A stretch of DNA of 64,000 nucleotides from Squalus acanthias (lineage: Eukaryota). Positions 1-13,000 of this stretch are shown in pieces. Positions within the stretch are counted from its first letter, which is position 1. Every line of letters starts with the position of its first letter. The position numbers were made by a program, and so were the translations under genes. The notes beneath the pieces are model-generated. The model searched no databases, was not told the DNA's origin, and saw only the letters and a program-made list of their open reading frames with translations. The stretch covers positions 6,758,001-6,822,000 of the forward strand of contig CM059453.1 in the NCBI GenBank assembly GCA_030390025.1, given 5' to 3'.

Positions 1-200
1 TACATCCACCTGAGAGAGCAGGCAGGGCCTCGGTTTAAAGTCTCATCCAAAAGACGGCATCTCCGACAGTGCAGCACGCCTTCAACACTGCACTGGAGTT
101 TCAGCATCGCTGCAGGTGCTCAAGTCCCTGGAGTGAGACTTGAATCCACAACCTTCTAATTCAGAGACGAGTGGGCTACCAACTGAGCCACAGCTGACAC
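1..200 (-). mobile_element. Deu-domain tRNA-derived SINE (SacSINE1-like), cut by window start
   Basis: Minus strand reads a tRNA-like head (GTGGCTCAGTTGGTAGC...GGATTCAAGTC) followed by the Deu core GTGCTGCACTGTCGGAGATGCCGTCTTTTGGATGAGAC..AAACCGAGGCCC. Confidence 0.75.
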
Positions 201-1209
201 TGCAATTGCACCCTCCCGGAAGTTGAAGCACTGCAGTTCCACCAATCCCAGCAGGGTATAATTACAGGGATTCATCTTTCCATAAGGTATTTCCGGTATA
301 TAGATGGAGATAGGAATTAATCATTGACATATGGAAATACTTAACCTAACCAGCGCAATTTGAAGCGTATTCGGTTGCAATTTCCAGATTATGCCCAAAG
401 AGGAAATGTTGCACTTAAAATTGCGCTGCTTAGTTAGGCTTCAGGTTTCCGCTAACATTTATTTGCAGATCACAATCGTAAGATCATACATCAACCAGCA
501 CAATTGGGCATCGTACGAGAATGGAATTATTAGTTGTTTTGCCATCAAATAGAATTCCTTTTAAGAATGTCAACTGGTGCAGTTTTATGAATGCAGGTAA
601 ATATGGATTCATCAGTAAAAGTAAACATATTTCGTACGGGTGACCAGACTTCTACCTGTGAGTAACCTGATTTAAAATGACTGAAAATATGATACTGAAA
701 CATTTAATAGTTTACTGGTCTTGTCGTTTTCTTCAAAAGTAAATATTTTTGTTATGAGGAAACTTGTAAAAAATGCCGAGTACTGCCTGTACACCAAAGA
801 AGATGAACGCAATTTTAAGCTCATTCCAGAACCACCGCAATCTCGCGATTTCGCCCTGGGGGCAAAGCCAGTTTTCTGGGTGGAGCCTGATTGGGGCAAA
901 TTAAATCTTGAAACAGCGTAAAAGACGATGGAAAACATGAGCGTAAGTGGTCCAACATTTAGCTGACTTACGTTTAATTTTCCATGATATCTTTTACTGC
1001 TTTTGGCGAATCTCAAAATTTCACCCTGATGCACGGCCAGCTTTGCGGGCGGAGCCTGATTGGAGCCAATTAAATCTTCAATAAAAACTAGCAGAAATTC
1101 ACGTGTTGTCTGTCGGGAGTGAGTGGAAAACAGATTGACAGATCCTGTGATTTTTTTTTTGCCCAGCTGCAAAATGGGGGCTCAAATCAAAAATGTGCAA
1201 ATAAATGAT

Positions 1210-3490
1210 GGGCTGGAATTTGAGGTCAGAGGCGTACCTCCAGTGTTCGCCTCCGACCCGCGAAACAATTACGAAATTACCTGCTGGCGGCCAGGCTGCG
1301 AAAAGATGTGGTCTCAGGCCAAATGGCCCACGGATCCCAGGGACAAAGGCGATGCGGAAGCGTACCTGGGATCACATGGGCCTGGTCCTCCAATGACAAA
1401 GGAGAATTACATTGCAGTCATTTACGGCGGGAATCCCCTATTGACATGCAATGGAATCCCAAATGTAAAACTTACACAATTATCAGAATTTAAATTTTAT
1501 TCATAATTACCTTCATTCGACCAAACTCAATGAGACAGAATTTATGATGTATTTGACGGCATACGCACAGCCTATGCCATCCTAATCCTTCAGTTTGGAC
1601 CCCGCAAATTCCGGGACCACTAATGTGTTGCGCATGCGCGCAAACGGGGAACTTGCGATCTGTCAAGGTGCGCCTGGACAATTCTGAAGAACCGACAGAT
1701 ATATCACCTTCGCTGGCGCACAGTTTTACTATTTGCCCAACTACTGCACTGCAATTGACCACGAAACTCAGATGGCTGTAAAATGCAGGCATCGGGCCTG
1801 CTTTCACTAGCGCAGCTGATAATATAAATCATGATTCAAGAATAAAAAATATTAATGCACTAACACTTAAAATTATTTTATGCAAATATTCGTTCAACTT
1901 AAAAGGTTTAAAGTTATTTTTCAAAAAAATAAATTACCATTGCATTTGGCGTGATTCAGGAACTTTGAAATCAATTTATTAGAGTTGTCTGAATTGTATC
2001 ATTATTTATGGATTCCCTTGCATATCCTTAGTGGATTCCCTTTGTAAATGACTGCAATGGAATCCCCCATTTACATTGGAGGACCCGGCCTACGTAATCC
2101 CAGGGACGCTTCCGGGCCGTCTGCGTCCCTGGGATCCATGAGCCTTTAGCATGCGTACGCTGGGAGGCCCAGGATCCGAATTCGCCTTAGCTGTGGAGCC
2201 ATGGGGAAAGTTCGGAAATATTTCACAGGTGGGAGTTGTACTCCGGAAGTGCGCCTCCGACCGCAAATTAATGGGCAATAAAAAATATTTTTTGATACTA
2301 ATTTCATACATCTTTAAAACTGTAATCGGGCCTATATTTGCATAAACACATTTAATATAATGTATGTGCATAAAATTTGGATTTTTAAATGTTTTATTTA
2401 AGCCTTAGATATGTTCTTATGCTGATGTAAACAGACCCTTACCTACTTCCTTCAACTGTAAGACTTACGTGGGCAATTGCTGACCAGTCGCTCGGCAAAT
2501 AGCCCAACTCAGCGTCAGCGATTGCTGCATCACAGTCCCTGCGGATGGCCTGTCAATAGTTAGGTTAACAGGCCGCAAGTTCCAGAAATATGGAATTACA
2601 GCGCATCTCAAAGGGATTACGACGGCATACTCCGCCATCTCAGACACCGCAATTCCAGGGCTGACAATTTAAAATTATTTGGATCTCTCGCCAGAACTCG
2701 TCTAAGCCCATAATTATGGATCTTTTTAAATTAGTGTCCGATTTTTAGGCGCACCAGCAAGTAAAGTTTAGGGGCCGAATTTTGCGATCCCTACTGGGAC
2801 GCACCAGGTGTCCGCACCCGTAGGGGCCGCGCATGTGCCGAGTTTAGTCATGCGAAGCGCATGCGCTAATACCTGGCACTTGCGATCTGTCAAGAATACT
2901 CTGGACAGATCCTACGCAACCGCGGAAGATGGGCCTCTGTGGTGGAAAGTTGCGCTTTTTTGCACAACTTCCGCCCGCTGAAATTCCAAAGAATTCTTAC
3001 CAGCAGAAGATTTTAAAATAACATATTGTTTTTCCAATCATTTCAACATTAACTAACCTGTGCAAAATGTAAGGTTATTATTTGCCCCTTTAAAACATTT
3101 AAATTTATTTTTCCAAAAAATAAATTTTTGCTTAAAATATTTAATTAAATTGCTTTTTACTTTATGTTAGATATGTAATGTTTTTTCTTTATTTATTTCA
3201 GTGTGTTGGTGCATTTCTTTAGTCATCCCCATTCATCCTTTTGACAGTTCTGTGCGGACGGAACTGTCAAAAGTAAGAAGGGGGATTCCCTTCTTCCATT
3301 GGTTCGCCCGGCCCACGTGAACCCAGAGGCGCATCCGCCCATTGGGATACGTGGGCCTCTGTGCATTTCGCAGAGGAGAGACCCTGGATCGGAAGCCTCG
3401 GTATCTACGAAACCAGTAGGTAAGTTGTTCGATTTATTTCCGATCGGAGTCATCCGCCCGAAGGAAGCCTCCGAACGGAAATTCAGGGCC
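1210..3490. mobile_element. Cluster of old MITE-like DNA transposon copies (about 1210-1500, 1532-2276, 2329-2662, 2771-3490)
   Basis: Ends resemble GGGCCRGAATT...AATTYAGGGCC; GC-rich arms with GCGCATGCGC and GGATCCCAGG/CTGGGATCAC motifs surround AT-rich cores; orthologous cluster at about 43820-45850. Boundaries approximate. Confidence 0.65.
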
Positions 3491-3870
3491 ATTGTCTCTG
3501 GTGTGTTATTGCAAGCTTTTTTGGCAACCTGGTCCCCGGTTGCGCGGGTTCATACTGCGGGCCAATGGATTTCAATAGAGTAACAGACAGAGACGAACTC
3601 AGTAATGGTTCGCAGAATTGTTATTTTCAAAGAATATATAAAACAATTTGAAAAGTTACATTGAAGAAAAATTCACACTGTCAAAACTATTCCAATGAAC
3701 TCGACTTTGGGAACGTAAATCAAGACATGCGACCAATTTTCTGAACGACCACCATTCTCATAGTCCTTGTTGCAATGAAAAGGTGTGTGATTTACTTTAT
3801 GTCACTAGGTGTTTTAAAGTATTGTCAGTCTCAAGACCATCCGCGCTGACAGTATAACTCCTGTTAACTT

Positions 3871-4038
3871 TCAGTTCTGTTTAATTGCTGCATATTCGCA
3901 GGTCTCCTCATTTTGAATATATTGATGATGTTTGCGGAAGTTGGAGACATTGACTGTCGCGTACGCAATCTCCTCATTATGAGCTCGTTTATTCGATTGT
4001 GCGGCGCCACGACCAGCCTCTGTACACCGATGGTCCCT
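3871..4038 (-). CDS. A1 terminal cytoplasmic exon: RDHRCTEAGRGAAQSNKRAHNEEIAYATVNVSNFRKHHQYIQNEETCEYAAIKQN*
   Basis: Acceptor ccgttacag, phase 0. ITIM IAYATV plus a distal EYAAI motif like the CD33 TEYSEI and MAG AEYAEI motifs. Not in the ORF track. Confidence 0.85.
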   Translation of the reverse strand, partial: RDHRCTEAGRGAAQSNKRAHNEEIAYATVNVSNFRKHHQYIQNEETCEYAAIKQN

Positions 4039-7000
4039 CTGTAACGGAACGTATTTGTGTTAGATGTGGTGTTATTGCAGATATGGAGCAGTATGCGATG
4101 GGAGTGTGCTGTCTGCAACAGAAGAAATCTCACTATTTTATCCCTGGTAAGTTGTCCAAAGGCGTTGATCCATGACATGAGCGTTGTTCAGTCTTGATGC
4201 AAGAAATAAAAAACTTGCATTTGTATATCCGGACGAGTCGATAAGGCTGGGGTGTGGGACTAAATTGGTTACTTCTTTGAAACAGCCAGCACAGGTACAA
4301 CGGGCCGAAATGTCGCTTTCTGTGCTGTAAAATATATGATTCTAAGGCTTCTAAATAGCATACTTGATCCGTGTTTTTATACATTGAGGTACAGAATATG
4401 AAAACAAGGAAGATACGCTAACCTTTATACATCAGTGGTTATGCCTCGGCTGGAGTATTGTTTCCAATTCTTGCATAACACTGTCAATAGGCTGTCAATG
4501 CATTAGTGAGCGTACAGTGCAAATTTACGATAATTAGTGGAGAAATGAGGGACTGCACTTAAACGGACAATCATGGGGAAACTGGAGTTGTCCTCCTGAG
4601 TATAGAGAATGATAAAGGGACATTAGATATTGGTGATCAAAATTCTGCAGAATTTTGATACAGTAAATAAGGAGAGATTGTTTTCACTGGCAGGAGCTTC
4701 GCTAACCAGGTAACACAGATTGAAGATATTTGGGTCAAGAACAAAATGAGAGATGAGAAGGTTTTATTTTTAACTGAGCGAGTTATTGGCCTAGAAATTC
4801 GATTAGGAGGCTTGCAGCGGTGGTAAGGATCACGCGCCATATCACCCACCGCGCCGGCCATTGTGTTTTGGGCCCACAGGAACTTCGGGTCCTGGGCCTC
4901 TCTCAAGAGCCGGCGCGCAGTGCTTGCGTGTCCCAGGGGCGCAGTTAATGTGATGCGACCCCTGGAATCACGTGGGCCATGGAGAGCCAATGGAAGCAGA
5001 CTATCTTTCATTCATAGATTTGAAAGGAGACCTGTCAAATCTATGAATTGAAATCGGCCCCAAAAGAACAGCTAAACCACAAGTAAATTTTTAAAAAAAC
5101 ATCACATTAATAAAATAACTAGTTAAATAAATTAACCACTTTAAACATAAATTTTTTTTTTTTAAATTAAAATACTTTTTAAAAGTTGTAAAAATAAACT
5201 AACCTTTCTTTTAAGTCTCTAAAAAAGATAAACCTGTTGAAAAAAATGTTAAATTATACTTCATTAACTACTTACCTTGTTCAAAAGGGGTCTTACGCTT
5301 CCTTCATACTTGCGTAGAATCTTGCATACAAACCCTCGCGTTGAAACCTGAAAAAAAACCTAAGTGTGCTGCGTGCGCGCAGCCTCTAGTGCGCACGCGG
5401 TTCACCTTGGAACCGCCCCCCCTCCCCCCCCCCCCCGCCGCCATACCGGAAGTGCCGGTTTCCCGCGCATGCGCAGTGCATGCAGGAAACCGGCACTTCG
5501 GGAACGAATACGGGTGAGTACGCACTGAGTACTCACACGTTCTCGCCCGAATTTTTGGGCCATTGTGATCTGGAAAGAACTTCTGAAAGGGCGGTGGCAG
5601 CAGATTCAGTCGTGACTTTCAAAAGGGAATTGGATATATGCATGAACATGAAAAAACATCAAATCAGGTCAAAGGGTGAAAAGCAGTGCAGTGTGACTAA
5701 TTATTTAGCTGTTTCAAACAGCCAGCACAGGCACCGTGGGCTGAATGGCCTCCTTCTTGGCTGTATGATTCTGTTATTATTAAGACCGAAGCGCTGCTAT
5801 GCAAGTAATAACTTTTGGATTCCTGCCACTGTTGTAGGAAAAATGCGGCAACCAGTTAATTGGATGAATGACGAATTAATCAGTTGTAGCTGGTGTTCAT
5901 TGTTGGAGAAATGTTAGCAAGGGCACTGGGACACCCCTCATCCGTCCCCACAGTAGGACCATATGATCGTTACCCTCCATAGGAGGAAACAAACGGGGCC
6001 TCGTTTAACATATAATAGAAAGGACGGGTATTCCGGCAATGCTACACACCTTCAGTGCTGAAATGAAGTTTCAGCCCAGATCATACGTTCAAATGCTGGA
6101 GCGAAGCTTGAAGCCACAAACTTCTTACCCAAAGGTGGGGAACATGCGGCCCACATCGGCAGCAAGATGCAACTCGGAAGTTGCACATAAACCTCAGGAA
6201 TGGCAACGATTATCCCCTCTGTGGTCGCTGACACTTTGTGATCTTGTTGGGCATTTAACAGATGAGACCTAATTGGTAGGGGGTAAGATGGCATTGGAAA
6301 GGCCTTCTTATATTAAGAATGTGTTTTCTGAAGGAACGGCAAGGTGAGAAATACCCCCTAATTGGATTTAGTAGGTCACTACACGTAGAGTCTGTAGCTA
6401 TGTTGCACTCTAAGCGACGTGAGCCGGTTAATCCTCCCTTAATGGTCAACAAGTTTCTGATACTCCAGTTTATCTGTTGGGTATTGCCCGTTATGAGTCA
6501 TTGCTTGTTGAATGCACACCAAACATCCTTCAATTGTCAGCCCAGCTTGGCATCACTTACGTCAGCCTTTAGTGCGTACTGCACCCGACTGTAAATCACC
6601 AAATCATCGTGTGCTTCGGAGACACGTGCAGCTTCTCCGTGTTTCTTCCTGAATAATAACAAATGCAAACGAGGCACTTCTCTTAATTAACTGGTATTTT
6701 TAGTGAAAACACACTACGCCTGCGCGATGAAGGTCGTCAGTGGGTCAGGAAAGGATTAAGAACATAAGAAATAAGAAATAGGAGCAGGAGTCGGCCATAC
6801 GGCCTCTCGAGACTTTTCCGCCATTCAATGTGATCATGGCTGAACTTCGACCTCAACTTCACTTTCCCGCCGGACCTCCATATCCCTTGATTCCCCTAGA
6901 GTCCAAAATTCTATATATCTAAGCCAAGAACATACTCAAAGACTGAGGATCCACAGCCCTCTGGGGCAGAGAATTCCGAAGATGCACAACCCTGTGACTG

Positions 7001-10000
7001 AAGAATTTCCTCCTCATCTCGGTCTTAAATGGCCGACCCCTTATCCTGGGACTATTACCCTATTTCTAGATACTCCAGACAGGTGAAACAACCTGTCAGC
7101 GTCTAGCCTGTCAATCCCCTTCAGAATCATGAATGCTTCAAAGAGTTCAACTCTCATTCTTCTAAACTCCAGATAACCTCGTCCCATTCTTCACAATCTC
7201 TCATCATAGGACAGCACTCTCATCCCAGGAAACAACCTAGTGAACCTCCGTTGCACCGCCTCCATGGCAAGTATATTTTTCCTTAGAGAAGGAGAACAAA
7301 ACTGTGCACAGTACTCCAGGTGTGGTCTCACCAAGGCTGTGTACAATTTTAGCAAGACTTCCTTACTCTTATACTACAACACCCTTGCAATAAAGGCCAA
7401 TATATCATTGCTTTCCTTATTGCTTGCTGTATCTGTATGCTAGCTTTCTGTGTTTCTTGGACGAGGACAGCCAAATCTCTGAATACCAACATTTGAAAGT
7501 TTCTTACGTAGAAACATAGAAACATAAAAAATAGGTGCAGGAGTAGACCATTCGGTATTTCGAGCCTGCACCGCCATTTAATGCGTTCATGGCTGAACAT
7601 GCTACCTCAGTACACCATTCCTGCTTTCTCGCCATACTCCTTGATCCCCCTAGTTGTGAGTATTATATCTAACTCCCTTTTGAATATATTTAGCGAACTG
7701 GCCTCAACAACCTTCTGTGGTAGAGAATTCCTCAGATTCACCACGCTCTGGGTGAAGAAGTTCCTCCTCATCTCAGTCTTAAATGGATTCCCCTTTATCC
7801 TTAGATTGTGACCCCTGGTTTTAGTTTTCGCTAACATTGGAAACATTCTGCCCGCATCTAATTTGTCTAAACCAGTAAGGATTTTAAAAGTCTCTATAAG
7901 ATCCCCCCTCATTCTTCTGAACTCCAGAGTATACAAGTTCAGTTGATCCAGTCTTTCTTGCGATGTCAGTCTGGCCATCCCAGGAATCAATCTAGTGAAC
8001 CTTCGTTGCACTCCCTCAATAGCAAGAATGTCCTTCCTCAAGTTAAAAGAGACCAAAACTGCACACAATACTCCAGGTGTGGCCTCACCAAGGCCATGCA
8101 CAACTGTAGCATCACCTCCCTACTCCTGTAGTCAAATCCCCTTGCTATGAAGGCCATCATGCCATTTGCTTTCTTGACTGCCTGCTGCACTTGCCTTCCC
8201 ACCTTCAGTGACTGATGTACCATGACGCCCAGGTCTCGTTGCACCTCCCCTTTCCCTAATCTGCCACCATTCAGGTAATAGTCTGCCTCCCTATTTTTAC
8301 CACCAAAGTGGATAATCTCACATTTATCCACATTGTACTTCATCTGCCATACATTTGCCCATTCACCCAAAATGTCCAAGTCACTCTGTAGCCTCCTAGC
8401 ATCCTCCTCATTGTTCACACTGCCTCCCAATTTAGTGTCATCCACAAATTTGGAGATATTACAATTAATGCCTTCGTCCAAATCATTAATATATAATGTA
8501 AACAGCTGGGGCCCCAGCCCCGAACCCTGCGGTACCTCGCTGGTCACTGCCTGCCATTCTGAAAAGTAACCATTTACTCCTACTCTTTGTTTCTTGTGTG
8601 CCAACCAGTTCTCAATCCACGTCAATACATTACCCCCAATCCTATGTGCTTTAACTTTGCACACCAATCTCTTGTGTGCGACCATGTCGAAGGCCTTCTG
8701 AAAGTCCAAATACACCACATCTACTGGTTCCCCCGCCACCCCGTCCACCCTATTGGAAACATCCTGAAAAGATTCCAGAAGATTTGTCAAGCATGATTTC
8801 CCTTTCACAAATCCATGCTGACTTGGACCTCTCATGTCGCCACTTTCCAAATGGTCTGTTATGACATCTTTAAAAATTGATTCCATCATTTTACCCACCA
8901 CCGATGTCAGGCTGACCGGTATTTAATTCCCTGCTTTCTCCCTCACTCCTTTTTTAAAAAGAGGGTTTACATTAGCCACCCTCCACTCCTTCGGAACGGA
9001 TCCAGACTCTAAGGAATGTTGGAAACTGATCGTCAATGCATCCACTATTTGCAAGGCCACCTCCTTAAGTACTCTGGGATGCAGACCATCAGGCCCTGGG
9101 GATTTATCAGCCTTCAGTCCCATCAATTTCCCCAACACCTTTTCCCGACTGATATGGATTTCCCTTAGCTCCTCCCTCTTACCAGATCCTTTGATCTATT
9201 TTATTTCCGGAAGGTTGTTTGTGTCCTCCACAGTAAACACCGAACCAAAGTAAGTTGTTCAACTGATCTACTATTTCTTTGTTCCCCATTATGACTTCCC
9301 CTGTGTCTGAATGCAGGGGACCTAGGTTTGTTTTTACTAACCACTTTCTTTTTACATATTTATACAAGCTTTTGCAGTCCGTTTTAATGTTATCCGCAAG
9401 ATTCTTTTCATATTTTATTTTCCCTGCCCTAATCAAACCCTTTGACCTGCTCTGCTGAGTTTTAAAGTTCTCCCAGTCCCCGGGTTTGCAGCTATTTCTG
9501 GCCAATTTGTATGCCACTTTCTTGCTTTTAATACTGTCCCTGATTTCCCTAGTTAGCCATGTTTGAGCCACCTTCCCTTTTTTAGTTTTACGCCAGACAG
9601 GGAAGTACAATTGCTGTAGTTCATCCATGAGATCTCTAAATGTATGCCATTGCGCTTCCACTGATAACCCCTTAAATATCGCTTGCCAATCTAATCTCGC
9701 CAATTCACGCCTCATACACTCAAAGTTGCCCTTATTTAAGTTCTGGACCACGGTCTCTGAATTAACTGTTTCCTTCTCCATCCTAATGTAGAACTCCACC
9801 ATACTATCGTCACTCTTCCCCAAGGGGCCTCGCACCACAAGATTGCTGATTAGTCCTTCCTCATTACAAAACACCCAGTCCAGGATGTCTTCCCTTCTAG
9901 TTGGTTCCTCAACATATTGGTTTAGGAAACCATCCCTTAAACACGCCAGGAAATCCTCCTCCGCCGTATTGCTTCCAGTTTCAGTAGCCCAATCTATATG

Positions 10001-13000
10001 CATATTAAAGTCACCCATGATAACTGCTGCGCCTTTTTGCATGCACCTCTGATTTCCTGTTTCATACCCTCCCCCACCTCACTACTTCTGTTTGGAGGTC
10101 TGTACATAACCCCCACTAACGTTTTCTGCCATTTGGTATTCTGCAGCTCAACCCATATTGATTCCACATCCTCCAAGCTAATGTCCTTCCTAGCTATTGC
10201 ATTAATCTCCTTTCTAACCAGCAATGCTACCCCACCCCCTTTTCCTTTTATTCTATCCTTCCTGAATGTTGAATACCCCTGGATATTCAGTTCCCAGCCT
10301 TGATTGTTCTGGAGGCACGTCTCTGTAATCCCTATCACGTCATATCCGTTAACATCAATTTGCACAGTCAATTCATCCACCTTATTACGGATACTCCTTG
10401 CATTATGACACAGAGCCTTAAGGCTTGTTTTATTAACAAGCTTTGCCCTTTTAGATTTATGATTTAGTATGGATCTTTGTGTTTCTTGCCTTTGTTTACT
10501 CGGATTTCCCTTATTGTTTCTCACCCTTCTAACATTTGTTTCTGACTGCAAATTACTTCCCCCTGTTTCGCTACATAGGTTCCCATTCCCCTGCCATATT
10601 AGTTGAAATCCTCCCGAGCAGCCTTAGCAAATATTACCCCGATGACATCGGTTCCAGTCCTGCCCAAGTGCAGACCGTCCCTTTTGTACAGGTCCCACTT
10701 CGCCCAGAACTGGTTCCAATGCCTCAGGTATTTGAATCCCTCCCTCCTGCACCACTGCTCAAGCCACTTATTTAGTTTCTCTATCCTCTTCATGCTACTC
10801 TGATTAGCACGTGGCACTGGTAGCAGCCCAGAGATAACTACTTTTAAAAAATATTCCAATTTACTATTCATCCGACCAAAGTGAATAACCTCACATTTCC
10901 CTACATTATTCTCCATCTGCCACCTTACAGCCCAGTCAATGGGCCAGAAATTCGTGTCTCCACGGGTGATTACGCGCCGTGTACTCACCCGCAGACCCAA
11001 AAAAGTGCCGGCATTGCGCATTCACTGCGCATGCGCTGTAAACTGGAACTTCCGTTCCCTTGAAGGAAGGGGTTCAGAGGTCAAACGCGTCTGCCTGAGA
11101 GGCAGCGCGCAAGCAGCGAACTTCCATTGTTTTTACAGGTTTTGAAGTGTGGCTTGGTCCCTGGCAGCTGTGCGGGGAAAGTGCAGGCGCAAGGCCTGCT
11201 TTTAACAAGGTAAGTGGTGAATTAAGTGAAATTTAAACATTTTTTCCACAGGGTAATCTTTTATAAATACTTTAAAGAAAGGTAAGTTTATTGTTAGCCC
11301 CGTTAAAAATTGTAATTAACTTTTACAAAAATTTCAGTTTTTGTTTAAAATAGTTAATTTATGTAATTTTTAGTTATTTTAAAAATGTGATTAAAAAAAT
11401 GTATTTGAAGTTTCAGTTAGGTTTTGGGTGGTGTTCTCTATTCATAGATTTGACAGGTCTTCCTGTCAAATCTATGAATGCAGATTCCCTGCTCCGATTG
11501 ACTCCCATGGCCCACGTGAACCCAGGGGACGCTTCGAACTTACTGCGTATCTGGGATACGCAAGCACTGCACACCGGCAGCTGCAGGAAGAACAGCTTCG
11601 GAATTCCACGCGGGCCCACAGCACAACGGCAGGCGCGCTGGGTAAGTGAATGTCGGGGGCTTGCACCCGCGAGAAGCCTCCGACCCGAATTTCTGGCCCA
11701 TTTAGTCTATCTCTATCCCTTAGCAGACTCTTTGTGCTCTCCTCACAGCTGACTGTCCAATCTAGCTTTGTATCATCAACAAACTTGGATACATTACACT
11801 CGGTTCCCTCATCTAGATCATTAATATAGATTGTAAATAGCTGAGGACCCAACACTGATCATTGCGGCACCCCACTAGTTGCAGCCTGCCAACCTGGAAA
11901 AGATACGTTTATACCTACTCTCTGTTTTCAGTCTTTTAACCAATCCTCTATCCATGCAACTACATTACCCCGCAACCCATTGAGCACTAATCTTATGAAA
12001 TACCCGTTTATGTGGCACCTTGTGTCTTTTACTTCTCCCGATTAGTACAGACCAGATCCGGAGCCCAATTCTTTTCAATTTCCACCAGCCAACATTTCAA
12101 AAGGGAACATTTTACTTTAATTGCTCTAGGTGAAAGTTGATTGTGATAAATAACTGTCAATGGGAGGTTTATTAATGATTTCAAACTGGGTAAATAGCAG
12201 AGGCAAGTGTTTCAATGAGTCAACGCAGTCCTGTCTATTATTAGGTACATCCCTTCAACACATTGGAGTTAGAAATTAGGAATACATCAATATTCCTCAT
12301 CAATCTTTTTCCGATCATTGATTAGTTGATATGATTAAGCATAGAATTGCCTTCTTTAAATATATCATGGTACATGAAGGGGTAAAAGCTAGCACCACTC
12401 ACAAGAGTGTCCTGGCTCATGTTGTTGCGGTTGTTGGCGAAATATTGGCTGTTGAGGGGCGGCGCCTATCCGAGAAGCAAAGTCATAGATTTCAATTGTA
12501 AACATCCTGTTCAATTGGTTGATGGATAAGTTTGATTGGCAACAGATTGTAAACCGAACTGGGGGTTATTTGAATTCAATTGGAGCCGGTCACAATTTTA
12601 AGGTAATTATCAGCCTGTCTATTAAAAACAGCGAGTCTGTCGAGAGCTTTCAAAGAGAGCTAGTCAGTCCAAATAGCTTAAGTCACTGGTAAGAATAAGA
12701 TAACAAGTGCAACATAAATAACTGCTAATATCATATTTTAGCACATCAGTCAAGCCCAATTTTGAAATATAATGTGCTTTTCCTTGAGCCAAGCAAAATA
12801 ACGACCACTGTAAACGTATGTTTCACGTTAATTTTACTATTTGCTTGTTGTTTTGCTGTTTGCTGGACTAGCTTGATTGATAGAACTTCAGTGTCAATCT
12901 GGTGTAGTGTTATGCTGAGAGTCAGTCATGACAAGAAGGCTCGTGTGAGGGTGCCCCATAAAACCAGAAGCAGAAACAAACTGAAAGGGATTGTAAGCCC

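Noticed and set aside
672-3583. Several 60-166 aa ORFs
   Set aside because: They lie in GC-rich MITE arms, have no recognisable domains and are not kept open in the duplicate
5414-5441. Long C-run (possible G-quadruplex)
   Set aside because: Slippage expansion of a short G/C tract inside a MITE
7607-10551. RT and endonuclease ORFs as an active retroelement or host gene
   Set aside because: CR1 ORF2 broken by several frameshifts and 5'-truncated in ORF1
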